Shown here: positions 9,405 to 19,650 of the stretch, piece after piece
Layout: the number at the start of each line of letters is the position of its first letter
How positions within the stretch are numbered: the first letter of the stretch is position 1
Assembly: GCA_034676805.1 (NCBI GenBank)
Contig: JAXDDO010000064.1
Span: 7,647-71,646 of the forward strand
Length of the DNA stretch: 64,000 nucleotides
Source: Anaerolineae bacterium
GTDB lineage: Bacteria > Chloroflexota > Anaerolineae > B4-G1 > SLSP01
Direction: 5' to 3'
The notes under the pieces: model-generated
What the model was told of the DNA's origin: nothing
Database searches by the model: none
Seen by the model: only the letters and a program-made list of their open reading frames with translations
Position numbers and translations under genes: made by a program

Positions 9405-10250
9405 ATGGACAATATGGCGATATGGCAGGAATTGGCAGAGCGGGTTGCGGCAACCGATCACGCCCCATCGCCCGAACTGGTGCGTGCGATGCTCGCCGCA
9501 GGGCTGCGCGCCGCTGACAAGCGCCCGTACCTCAACCTTACCGCCGGGGATGGCCCTCGCAGGGCGGCAGAAGCGCCATCTGAGTTCCTGCTCCCGTTGG
9601 ACGCCGGCGGGGTCGCGATGCCTCTCTCACCGCCCTTGGTCGGTGCGCTCGACAGCGCCGTCCCGCACGTGCCCGAGGGCCAAAACTGGCTCAGTCACGC
9701 CAACCTGCAGGGGCAGCCGGTGCTGCTCGCAGCGCGCTGGCTATGCCACCGGATCGGCTTGCGTCATCAGACCGCCCAGCTCATCCTGGATCATCCCACG
9801 AATCCTGCGCTGACCCTGATTCAAGTACGCGGCTTGGACAAGGAAGAGGCGCCAGGTGCCTTCGACCTGCCATGCGCCGGCCACGTCGTCGGCCTGGACA
9901 CCCCCTTACAGACGCTGGCCAGGGAGTTGCGCGAAGAGCTGGGGCTCACATTCGACGCCCTGGTCGACTTGAGCCAGGTCGCGCGCTATGAGTCACGCGA
10001 CCTACCGGACTGGCCGGTCTCCAGCCAAGAGCCTGACCGTCCGGCAGGGTTCATGAACGTTGAATTGCGCACCGTCTACCGGGCGCGGTTGCGCGCTGAG
10101 GCGCTCGTGCAGGTGCACTTCGCTGATCAGGAAGCAGGTGCTCTGGCGATTATGGGGCTCGCGACGCTGGAGGCGTGGATAGCCCGCCGCCCCGAGCGGA
10201 TCGCCTCGGGCCTGCGCGGGGCAATCGCGCTATACGCTGGGAGAAGTTGA
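9405..10250 (+). CDS. Nudix-family hydrolase with an N-terminal extension
   Basis: Nudix box GHVVGLD-TPLQTLA-RELREELGL, i.e. Gx5(D instead of E)x7REUxEExGU. Start chosen at MDNMAIWQ. Confidence 0.6.
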   Translation: MDNMAIWQELAERVAATDHAPSPELVRAMLAAGLRAADKRPYLNLTAGDGPRRAAEAPSEFLLPLDAGGVAMPLSPPLVGALDSAVPHVPEGQNWLSHANLQGQPVLLAARWLCHRIGLRHQTAQLILDHPTNPALTLIQVRGLDKEEAPGAFDLPCAGHVVGLDTPLQTLARELREELGLTFDALVDLSQVARYESRDLPDWPVSSQEPDRPAGFMNVELRTVYRARLRAEALVQVHFADQEAGALAIMGLATLEAWIARRPERIASGLRGAIALYAGRS

Positions 10251-10382
10251 AGTCTTGCCCGCTCCACGCCGGCACCTGCAGCTTACGGGTGCCAAATCGT
10301 CAGGCGCTTCGCCACAATCTGTTGTACAATAGAGGCACGACGACTCAACAACAAGGCTGTACCTACGAAGAGGAGGTCCCCG

Positions 10383-10679
10383 ATGGATGAACAGGTGCGG
10401 GTTGAGGAATTCCGAGTCAGCGGAGACAAGCTCGTCGGCAAGGTCAAGTCAGTGGTCCAGCAAGGGAACGTGCGTCGCGTTGTCATCAAGAACGCGGAGG
10501 GCCATCCATTGATCGACATCCCCCTAACCTGGGGCGTCGTGGGGACCATCCTGGCGCCCCAACTGGCAGCCCTGGGCGCCATTGCGGCCCTCATCGGCCG
10601 CGCAACCATCGTCGTGGAGCGAGTAGGACCAGTGGAAACCTCTCAGGAGCCTGAAGCCGCTGAGACCGCCAAAGAGTGA
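10383..10679 (+). CDS. DUF4342-like small protein
   Basis: 98 aa. RVEEFRVSGDKLVGKVKSVVQQGNVRRVVIKN followed by a hydrophobic segment. GAGGAGG RBS. Confidence 0.65.
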   Translation: MDEQVRVEEFRVSGDKLVGKVKSVVQQGNVRRVVIKNAEGHPLIDIPLTWGVVGTILAPQLAALGAIAALIGRATIVVERVGPVETSQEPEAAETAKE

Positions 10680-10722
10680 GTCCGGCCGCTCGCGGCAAAC
10701 CCTTGCGCTTACCAGATACGAG

Positions 10723-10757
10723 CCAGCCGCCGGCGAAATGATGAAGCCGGCGGCTGG
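10723..10757. terminator. Bidirectional stem-loop between convergent genes
   Basis: Perfect 12-bp stem CCAGCCGCCGGC / GCCGGCGGCTGG with an 11-nt loop. Confidence 0.6.
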
Positions 10758-10816
10758 TGCTTAGTAAGATGCCTGGACACTACCTGAACAGTAGGCCCGT
10801 CTCCTGCCGAGTGCGC

Positions 10817-11221
10817 TCAGTAGTTGATTACGCGCGGGAGCTCTTTGGCCTGCGCGACCCAGCCTGCCACCTGGGATTCTGTCGGTAGCCGCCGGACCAG
10901 CTGCTTGGCCTCGTTGACCTCCACCAACTTCTGATAAAGATTCGCCGGGTTGCGCTGGGCCAACTCCGGAACCGTGTCGACTCCAGCCTCCTCCAACAGA
11001 TCGGCATACTCCTCGGCGACACCGTTGATGCGGAAGAGGTCAACGTGGTTCACCCACTCGAGAATCAGTTTCGGGCTGATCCCAGCTGCCTCTGCCAGTT
11101 CGTTTCTTCCCTGCGGCGTCGAACCCTTGTCAAGCAGGGCTCCCGTTGTGACTACACCCGCCTCAATCAACTTCTGAGCATAGATAGGGCCAATGCCCTC
11201 AACCTCGGTCAGCTTCGCCAT
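10817..11221 (-). CDS. DUF4332-like helix-hairpin-helix protein
   Basis: 134 aa. VEGIGPIYAQKL and a second HhH-like half (GVDTVPELA). AGGAG RBS. Confidence 0.7.
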   Translation of the reverse strand: MAKLTEVEGIGPIYAQKLIEAGVVTTGALLDKGSTPQGRNELAEAAGISPKLILEWVNHVDLFRINGVAEEYADLLEEAGVDTVPELAQRNPANLYQKLVEVNEAKQLVRRLPTESQVAGWVAQAKELPRVINY

Positions 11222-11260
11222 GGTTCATCTCCTTTTCAGGATGCTACTTGGAATATCTAT

Positions 11261-11288
11261 AGTATAGATGGAATGAGATAGAGCACAA
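11261..11288 (-). promoter_or_regulatory. Putative sigma-70-type promoter of the DUF4332 gene
   Basis: Minus strand reads TTGTGC-16 nt-TATACT in an AT-rich patch. A 15-bp palindrome (11255-11269) overlaps the -10. Confidence 0.45.
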
Positions 11289-11553
11289 GTCCGTGCAGCA
11301 CCCCAGTTCGTAATATTACAATGTATCATACAGGATCCCGCTGACAATCAACGCGCAACGGCAGTGGAAGCTGAGATGGGGAGAGAGAACACCGAAGCCG
11401 ACATGATCACCTGGACGCAGGCTATCGCATATGTGCGATGGGCAGCGCGGAAGTGTGCTGCACAGAGAGGAAACGCTAGGCCGTCAGCGTGCTGGCGGAT
11501 ACCGGGTCACTGCTGCAGGACTTCAAAACCGGCCCCTAGAAGGGCACAGTCTT

Positions 11554-13488
<1,935 letters not shown>

Positions 13489-13495
13489 CTATGAC

Positions 13496-14536
13496 TCACT
13501 TCCCAACAAGCGGGTGTGCCTTGGCCTCTTGCGTTTGGGCGGCATAGAGTCGCTTGAGCGCCTCTAGAAAGTGCAGACGCTCCTGGTAGAAGATGAGCAG
13601 CGCGGCCGTCAACGCCGTGCTGACAAAGGCATGGCCCAGGAGTCCGACCGCAGTCGACCAGGTGTTGGGTTCCGGTAGCGTCCACACAACGTTAAGGCCG
13701 CGCGAGATCACCAACACCAGCGCCAAGAGGAGAATGACGTTCAGGAAGTCGCTCCGGGTCAGGAGCAGACTCTCGCGCACCGCGGAGAGCAAGCCCCGCC
13801 GCAGTTGCACGATGCCCGGAACGGTGAAAGCCAGATGCACACCCATGAACAATGCCATTGATGACACCAGCGTCATCAACAATCCGGCAAGCGGGAGACT
13901 GAATAAACCCACAAGGCCCACGAAGACGGAGAGCAGAATCGATACGCTGGTCACCCCGCCGAACAGCACCAGCCCCAGCTTGACGAGCCGCCGCCAGAGC
14001 ACCCACGGGCTATCTGGACCAGGCAGGGGAGACTCAGTCTCGCGGATCACATTGCGCCCAACCGCGCGCAGGTAGATCGCATTGAGGGCCAGCCCCAAAA
14101 CCGCCAGCAGGCCCATCCAGACGCCCATCAACACAACCGAGGTCATCTCGATCGCCGGTCGTTCGCCCATTGGGCGCAGAACCGATAGCCGTCCTGGCAT
14201 CAACACCGGTACGCCCAACAGTGGTCCAGGGTTGAGGACCGAAAAGAGGTCGAAGCCTTGGCTGAACTCGTCCAGGAGCTTGCCGAGACCCGCATAGGTG
14301 TCGGTTACCTCCGCCGGCAACCCCTCAACAAGAAACGCTTGTGCCGCAAATGCCTTGGCACTCGCCACAATAGGGGCCACCGACAGACGGGGTCCTAGCC
14401 ATAGAAACAAATCTAGCAGGAACGGGAGGACGATCAGCTCGGGATTCCGGGCCACAACCTCAAACCCGGTGGTGATGCAGGCCAGGGTCCCCAAGGGCCG
14501 ACGTTTCTCTTCCTGGGATGCATTTACCTGATTCAC
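13496..14536 (-). CDS. Polytopic membrane protein of unknown function
   Basis: 346 aa with about 7 hydrophobic segments. Stops 13 nt upstream of the gyrB start, so probably co-transcribed. Confidence 0.65.
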   Translation of the reverse strand: MNQVNASQEEKRRPLGTLACITTGFEVVARNPELIVLPFLLDLFLWLGPRLSVAPIVASAKAFAAQAFLVEGLPAEVTDTYAGLGKLLDEFSQGFDLFSVLNPGPLLGVPVLMPGRLSVLRPMGERPAIEMTSVVLMGVWMGLLAVLGLALNAIYLRAVGRNVIRETESPLPGPDSPWVLWRRLVKLGLVLFGGVTSVSILLSVFVGLVGLFSLPLAGLLMTLVSSMALFMGVHLAFTVPGIVQLRRGLLSAVRESLLLTRSDFLNVILLLALVLVISRGLNVVWTLPEPNTWSTAVGLLGHAFVSTALTAALLIFYQERLHFLEALKRLYAAQTQEAKAHPLVGK

Positions 14537-14599
14537 TCGGTTATTTTACCACAAACGTGCAGAAAGACGAACTCCCGGGGAGTCGCAGGCAGACCAAGC

Positions 14600-14628
14600 T
14601 TGACAACAATAGCCCTTCTCCATTATAT
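14600..14628 (+). promoter_or_regulatory. Near-consensus sigma-70-type promoter
   Basis: TTGACA (14600-14605), 17 nt, TTATAT (14623-14628), upstream of the lipoprotein gene at 14689. Confidence 0.6.
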
Positions 14629-14688
14629 TGTATATGACGGTCTTTCTAATACACTGGCAGAAGGCCGATCAATCCATGAGGAGGCGTT

Positions 14689-15420
14689 ATGAAACACCCC
14701 CGAGGTCTCAGGACGCAATCACCAGTACGCATTATCGCGTGGGCGGGCTTGGGCCTGCTCCTGGCGTTGATGCTAGCCGGCTGTGCTGCTGCGGAGAGCG
14801 AGTTCCCGGACGACGGACCCGCCCCTCCCGTCTCCAGGGATGCGGCGCTGAGCTTTGTGCGCAAGGCGTTGACGGCGGGCAAGAGTGCCGCCGATACCAA
14901 GACGCTGTTGTTGACCGTCACCGACGCCGAGGTCACTTCCTTCCTGCGCATCAGGGCCGAGCTCACCCGCGAACTGCAGGCCGCAGGTTCGGCCCAACTG
15001 GATCGGATTGAAGGCCTGGAGGATCTGGGCATTGGGGACATCAACCTCGATGTCTGGCGCGACTTGATCGGTACGGGTGACGACGCTGGGCCGCGCTTCC
15101 TGCCCCAGCTACGCCTTGGCCTCTACGATCCCCAAGTCCACTTCGTAGCCGACGGCCGGATCATCGCGCGGGGTGTGCTCGCAGTCCTAACGTGGGAGCG
15201 GCCCGTGCGGCTGGTGATTGCGCCTTCCGCTTCAAACGGAGAACTGGTCCTGGACTTCGTCGACGGCCAGATTGGCAGAGTCCGCATGCCTGAGTTCATC
15301 TTCGACCTGATCGGCAAAGGGCTTGCCGAGGTACTGCTCGCCGGGCAAGCCTACGCCGAGATCACCCAGATCCAGGTCGGATCCGGCACCTTGACCATCA
15401 GCGGGCGCTACAATAGGTAG
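14689..15420 (+). CDS. Putative lipoprotein, unknown function
   Basis: Signal peptide ending in lipobox LMLAGC. 243 aa. Confidence 0.65.
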   Translation: MKHPRGLRTQSPVRIIAWAGLGLLLALMLAGCAAAESEFPDDGPAPPVSRDAALSFVRKALTAGKSAADTKTLLLTVTDAEVTSFLRIRAELTRELQAAGSAQLDRIEGLEDLGIGDINLDVWRDLIGTGDDAGPRFLPQLRLGLYDPQVHFVADGRIIARGVLAVLTWERPVRLVIAPSASNGELVLDFVDGQIGRVRMPEFIFDLIGKGLAEVLLAGQAYAEITQIQVGSGTLTISGRYNR

Positions 15421-15445
15421 CGCCCGCCACCCAGTGCAGCCGGTG

Positions 15446-17224
15446 CTAGCGCTGGACGGAGAGTGAGACCACGCCCAGCCCGGGCCAGGTGTCGAGATCT
15501 GGCACAGGATCGTCGAACCACAGGCTGTAGAGCTCTTGGTAGATTCCGCGCTCCTCCAACGCCATCAGTGTCAAGTTCACCAGGTCGCGAAAGTCCGAGT
15601 CGCCCTCGGCAACGGCAAAGGCGATGGGCCGGTAGGTGTAGCGCCGGTCTGTGAAGACATAGCCCGACTGGCGGAAGTGGACTTCGAGTGCGGGACGCCG
15701 TTCCGAGAGCACAGCGGCCACCTCGCCAGCCTGGAGTCCCTGCAACGCAGCCTCAAATGTCGAGTACCCGACCGCGGAGAGTCCCGCTCCCTGCGACAGC
15801 TGCGGCACAGCCGCTTCCGCAGCGCTACCCACGACGACGCCCGCCGACTGCCCGTTCAGTGCCGGAAGATCATCAATGGGGTTCGTAGCCAGAGATAGGA
15901 TACCCACACCATCGTCAAGGATGGTAATCGAGAAATCGGCGCCCAACTCCCCCTCGCGCGTGTGCTCCCAGGCGCCCAGCAGGATATCAACCTCCCCCCC
16001 CTCCAGCCGCTGGAGTGCCTCGGCCCGGTCGGTCACCGGCACGAAGGTAACCGCGGTGCTGCTCCCCAACCAGAGCTCCGCCATGCGCTCCAGCACTCTG
16101 ACCTCGAAACCGGTCGGCACGCCGTCGTCACGGTCGCCACTGTAGGGCCAAAGCGTCGGGAAGTAGCCCGCGTTCAGGGTTCCCCGGTCGCGTATCCTGG
16201 AAACAACGTCAAGGCGGCTGATCTGCTGGGGACTGGCAGCCAGCGACGGCGCAGGTGCGCTCCCCGGCAGGAGATCCAACGACGGCGGCGAAGTGCCAGG
16301 CAACCACCGGTCATAGAGCGCATCGCGTGTGCCATCTGCGGCCATGTCAAGGAAGGTCAACTGCACAAGGTTGGCGAAGAAGGGATCGTCCTGACGGAAA
16401 GCTAAGGCCATCGGCTCCCACGCCCACTGGCCGACGATCACCGACCCCGTCACCATCCGGCGGGCACGCTCCAACCGGTGGCGCCGATCCACGTAAGCGT
16501 CGACCTCACGTCTGCGCAGGACCTCGACAAGATCAAGGAAGTTGTTGTGCGTGGTGAACGTGGGAGTGACGGTGGCGGCAGCTGTGACCTCTCCCTGGCT
16601 ACCCGTCCAACTCACCGTGCCCACACGTCTCCCGCTAAGGTCGACCAGGCCCTGGATACCTGTATCGGGATAGGTCAGGATCGCCATGCCATTGGCGAAG
16701 TAGGGTGGGCTGAAGTCTGCCCACACCTCGGCATCCTGTGTATGGATGAGGCCCGCCAGCACCACATCCACCGAACCCTCCGCGATATACTCGAGAGCGG
16801 TGTCGGACCGCACCTGCCGGAAACGGACGGCGTCCGAAGAGCCGAGCCAGCGGCGGGCGAGCTCGCGCGCCAGATCGATCTCAAGGCCGACCAGCTGGCT
16901 GTCGGCCGTGATGTACGAAAAAGGCTCCAAGTCGTAACGGACCCCCACCACAAGCTCACCGCGTGTTAGGATCCGTGCAGCGGTAGACATTTCCGTGGGG
17001 TAAGCCGCCTCCGGCGTCGGAGCGACAAAGACCGCTACCGGTGCCTCCTCGGGGCCGCTGATCAGTAACTGAGCGAGGTCCGCGCACCCAGCGAGAAGCG
17101 ACACTAGAACGATCAGAGTGAACGCCCACACAAGGACACTCGCCCGTCTTCGTGCGCTCGCCCGTCCTCGTGCGCTCGCCCCATAGCGGGCGCTCGCCTT
17201 CCTGAAGGCGCCGTATCGAAGCAT
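15446..17224 (-). CDS. Lipoprotein with two tandem type-3 (amino-acid/polar) solute-binding domains
   Basis: Two SBP_bac_3-like halves, each with the pattern LxVG...PFxY...GxxVDLxRELA. Lipobox LLAGC. Start uncertain (17224 vs 17272). No adjacent permease or ATPase. Confidence 0.75.
   Translation of the reverse strand: MLRYGAFRKASARYGASARGRASARRRASVLVWAFTLIVLVSLLAGCADLAQLLISGPEEAPVAVFVAPTPEAAYPTEMSTAARILTRGELVVGVRYDLEPFSYITADSQLVGLEIDLARELARRWLGSSDAVRFRQVRSDTALEYIAEGSVDVVLAGLIHTQDAEVWADFSPPYFANGMAILTYPDTGIQGLVDLSGRRVGTVSWTGSQGEVTAAATVTPTFTTHNNFLDLVEVLRRREVDAYVDRRHRLERARRMVTGSVIVGQWAWEPMALAFRQDDPFFANLVQLTFLDMAADGTRDALYDRWLPGTSPPSLDLLPGSAPAPSLAASPQQISRLDVVSRIRDRGTLNAGYFPTLWPYSGDRDDGVPTGFEVRVLERMAELWLGSSTAVTFVPVTDRAEALQRLEGGEVDILLGAWEHTREGELGADFSITILDDGVGILSLATNPIDDLPALNGQSAGVVVGSAAEAAVPQLSQGAGLSAVGYSTFEAALQGLQAGEVAAVLSERRPALEVHFRQSGYVFTDRRYTYRPIAFAVAEGDSDFRDLVNLTLMALEERGIYQELYSLWFDDPVPDLDTWPGLGVVSLSVQR
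17138..17180. repeat. 18-bp tandem duplication inside the 5' end of the tandem-SBP gene
   Basis: CTCGCCCGTCTTCGTGCG / CTCGCCCGTCCTCGTGCG plus a partial third copy. Encodes repeated RASAR(G/R/Y) hexapeptides ahead of the signal peptide. Confidence 0.8.
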
Positions 17225-17323
17225 CAACCTCAATCCTCCAAAGACATCGCCCCGGCAGAGCCCAAGCGCCAAACCTTGTGCGATCTGCGTCGGATTCCGG
17301 GGGTGGCCTGTCTAGATATACAA

Positions 17324-17349
17324 GGGCGCGGCCTCAGAACGCCGCGCCC
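17324..17349 (-). terminator. Intrinsic terminator after the XDH operon
   Basis: 9-bp GC stem GGGCGCGGC / GCCGCGCCC, followed on the minus strand by UUGUAUAUCU. Confidence 0.6.
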
Positions 17350-17385
17350 CTGACTATACCATAAAGACCGAAAGTTGGGACTACG

Positions 17386-19650
17386 TCAGGATCTGCCCTT
17401 CAGACCGCGTAGCACGCGCTCGGCATTGAACGGGAAGCGATTGTACCAGACGCCGGTGGCCTCGCGCAGGGCGTGATGGAGGGCCGAGGCGACGGCAATG
17501 AAAGGCATCTCAGCCATACCGCGCGCGCCCCACGGGCCATGTGCCTCTGCGTTCTCGATCAAAATCGACTGCACCCGTTCGGGAATGTCCTCGATCGTCG
17601 GCATCAGATAGGTGCTGAAGGACTTCGATAGCGGGTATCCGTCGCGCTCGATGAAGTGCTCTGTTGTCGCCCAACCTAACGCCTGAACGACCCCACCTTC
17701 AACCTGTCCCTCAACCAGCCGTGGGTTGATCGCCTGGCCCACGTCGGTGGCACAGACGATCCGCGGATATGTGCACCAGCCCGTCTGTACGTCGACCGCC
17801 ACCTCGGCCCCGATGGCCGTGTATCCATACGCAAAGTTGGGGTGGCCATATCCGGTCTCCGGATCGACATGGGTTGTCTTGGGAGCGAGATAGGTGAATT
17901 CACCTTTGGCGGGGCGCTCCTCATCGCGCCACTTCTGTAGCGTGATCTCCGCAGCGCCGCGCACAGCGTTGCCAATCATATAGGTCATCCGGGATGCCGA
18001 GGACGAACCGGCGCTTTGGCTGTTAGCCGTATCTACCGGCTGCAGGTTAACGCGTTCGAGCGGGATGTCGAGAGCTTCGGCTGCCATCTGCCGGATTACG
18101 GTTCGAGCGCCCTGTCCTACGTCAGCGCTCGCCGCATAGACGATCGCCTCCTCGACCTCCGCGGCACCCCGCAACTCCACGCCGGCCCACGCGTTCTCCT
18201 GGTATCCGAAGGAGAAACCCACGTTCTTGAACGCCAGGGCGATCCCCACGCCCCGGCGTACATAGGGTGGGTCGCCAGGATGCGGCGCAGACGCAGGAGC
18301 AACCCACGTCGCCTCGCCACTCTCGGTCTCCTGGCGCCGCCAACCGATCGCCTCGGCGGTCGCAATCAGGCACTGCTCGAGGCCGCGAGCATCATCGGGG
18401 AGCGGCTTGCCCCATGGCATAGGGTCCCCGTCTCGCACGACATTCCTCAATCGCAGTGCCACAGGATCCATCCCCAAGGCCTCTGCTAGCTTGTCCATCT
18501 GTGACTCAGCTATGAAATTACCCTGGGGTGCCCCAAACCCGCGGAACGCACCGCCGGGCAGGTTGTTCGTGTAGGCCGCAAGGACGTCGGTCTTGACGTT
18601 GGGGATGCGATAGGGTCCGTTTACCGTCAGTACGGTGTTGCCCATCACCTTGTTGGTGGTGTAGATATAGGCCCCGGCGTCGGCGATGACCTCGGTTTCG
18701 GCTGCTAGCAGGTCCCCATCTTTGGATGCCGCCCACCGCGCGCGGGCAAAGACCCTGTGTCGCTTATGGTGACCGACAATCGACTCTTCCCGGGTCCAGG
18801 TGATCTTGACAGGCCGCTTCAGCCGCTGCGTTGCCAGCGCTAACACGATCTGAACCGACATATCTTCGCGCCCACCAAAAGCCCCGCCGATGGCAGGGTA
18901 GATCACCCGGACTTCTTCCTCCGGAATGTCCAGCGCGTGCGCAATCTGGGCACGATCCTCATGTGCCCATTGGCCTGCGACGACGACCGTGACCCGACCT
19001 TCGTTGTCGATGTAGGCCAGGCCCGCCTCCGGTTGAAGGTATGCGTGCTCCTGCCCCGGTACCTCATAGGTCGACGCCACGATCACGTCTGCTTCAGCAA
19101 ACGCCTGATCGACGTCGCCGCGGCGAATGCGATGGCGCGAGACGAGGTTGCCCTCGAAGACGAGCTCTGGATGCGCCGGCGTCCCGGGATATGGGGGGTG
19201 CAGCCGGGGCGCATCGGGCTCTAGCGCCACGTGTGGATCGCTAACCACGGGTAGATCTTCATACTCGACGTGGACTAGGCCGAGCGCACGCTCCGCAATA
19301 TCCTCGTTCTCAGCCACCACTGCCGCCACCTGATCGCCCACGAAACGCACGATATCAGCGCCCACCTTGCTGCCGGCACCCGGTCCGCAGAGTACCGGCT
19401 GGTCAGGATACTGCAACCCGTACTCATTCACAGGGATATCGCGTGAAGTGAAGACAGCCACCACTCCGGGCAGCACTTCTGCTTCAGAGGTATCCACGCT
19501 CAAGACCCGGGCGTGAGGACGTCCGGCGAAGAGCAGTTTCACTGTCGCCATGCCCGCCAGGTCGATGTCGCCGGGATAGAGCGCTTCACCCGTCACCTTC
19601 TCGCGGGCCTCGAAGCGCGGCAGCGCACGTCCGACGTAGTGTCCCTTCAT
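17386..19650 (-). CDS. Xanthine dehydrogenase-family molybdopterin-binding large subunit
   Basis: 754 aa. GGAFGGRED (compare XDH GGGFGGKE), AFRGFGAPQG (compare XDH FRGFGGPQG), C-terminal ARGMAEMP catalytic-Glu region. Confidence 0.9.
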   Translation of the reverse strand: MKGHYVGRALPRFEAREKVTGEALYPGDIDLAGMATVKLLFAGRPHARVLSVDTSEAEVLPGVVAVFTSRDIPVNEYGLQYPDQPVLCGPGAGSKVGADIVRFVGDQVAAVVAENEDIAERALGLVHVEYEDLPVVSDPHVALEPDAPRLHPPYPGTPAHPELVFEGNLVSRHRIRRGDVDQAFAEADVIVASTYEVPGQEHAYLQPEAGLAYIDNEGRVTVVVAGQWAHEDRAQIAHALDIPEEEVRVIYPAIGGAFGGREDMSVQIVLALATQRLKRPVKITWTREESIVGHHKRHRVFARARWAASKDGDLLAAETEVIADAGAYIYTTNKVMGNTVLTVNGPYRIPNVKTDVLAAYTNNLPGGAFRGFGAPQGNFIAESQMDKLAEALGMDPVALRLRNVVRDGDPMPWGKPLPDDARGLEQCLIATAEAIGWRRQETESGEATWVAPASAPHPGDPPYVRRGVGIALAFKNVGFSFGYQENAWAGVELRGAAEVEEAIVYAASADVGQGARTVIRQMAAEALDIPLERVNLQPVDTANSQSAGSSSASRMTYMIGNAVRGAAEITLQKWRDEERPAKGEFTYLAPKTTHVDPETGYGHPNFAYGYTAIGAEVAVDVQTGWCTYPRIVCATDVGQAINPRLVEGQVEGGVVQALGWATTEHFIERDGYPLSKSFSTYLMPTIEDIPERVQSILIENAEAHGPWGARGMAEMPFIAVASALHHALREATGVWYNRFPFNAERVLRGLKGRS

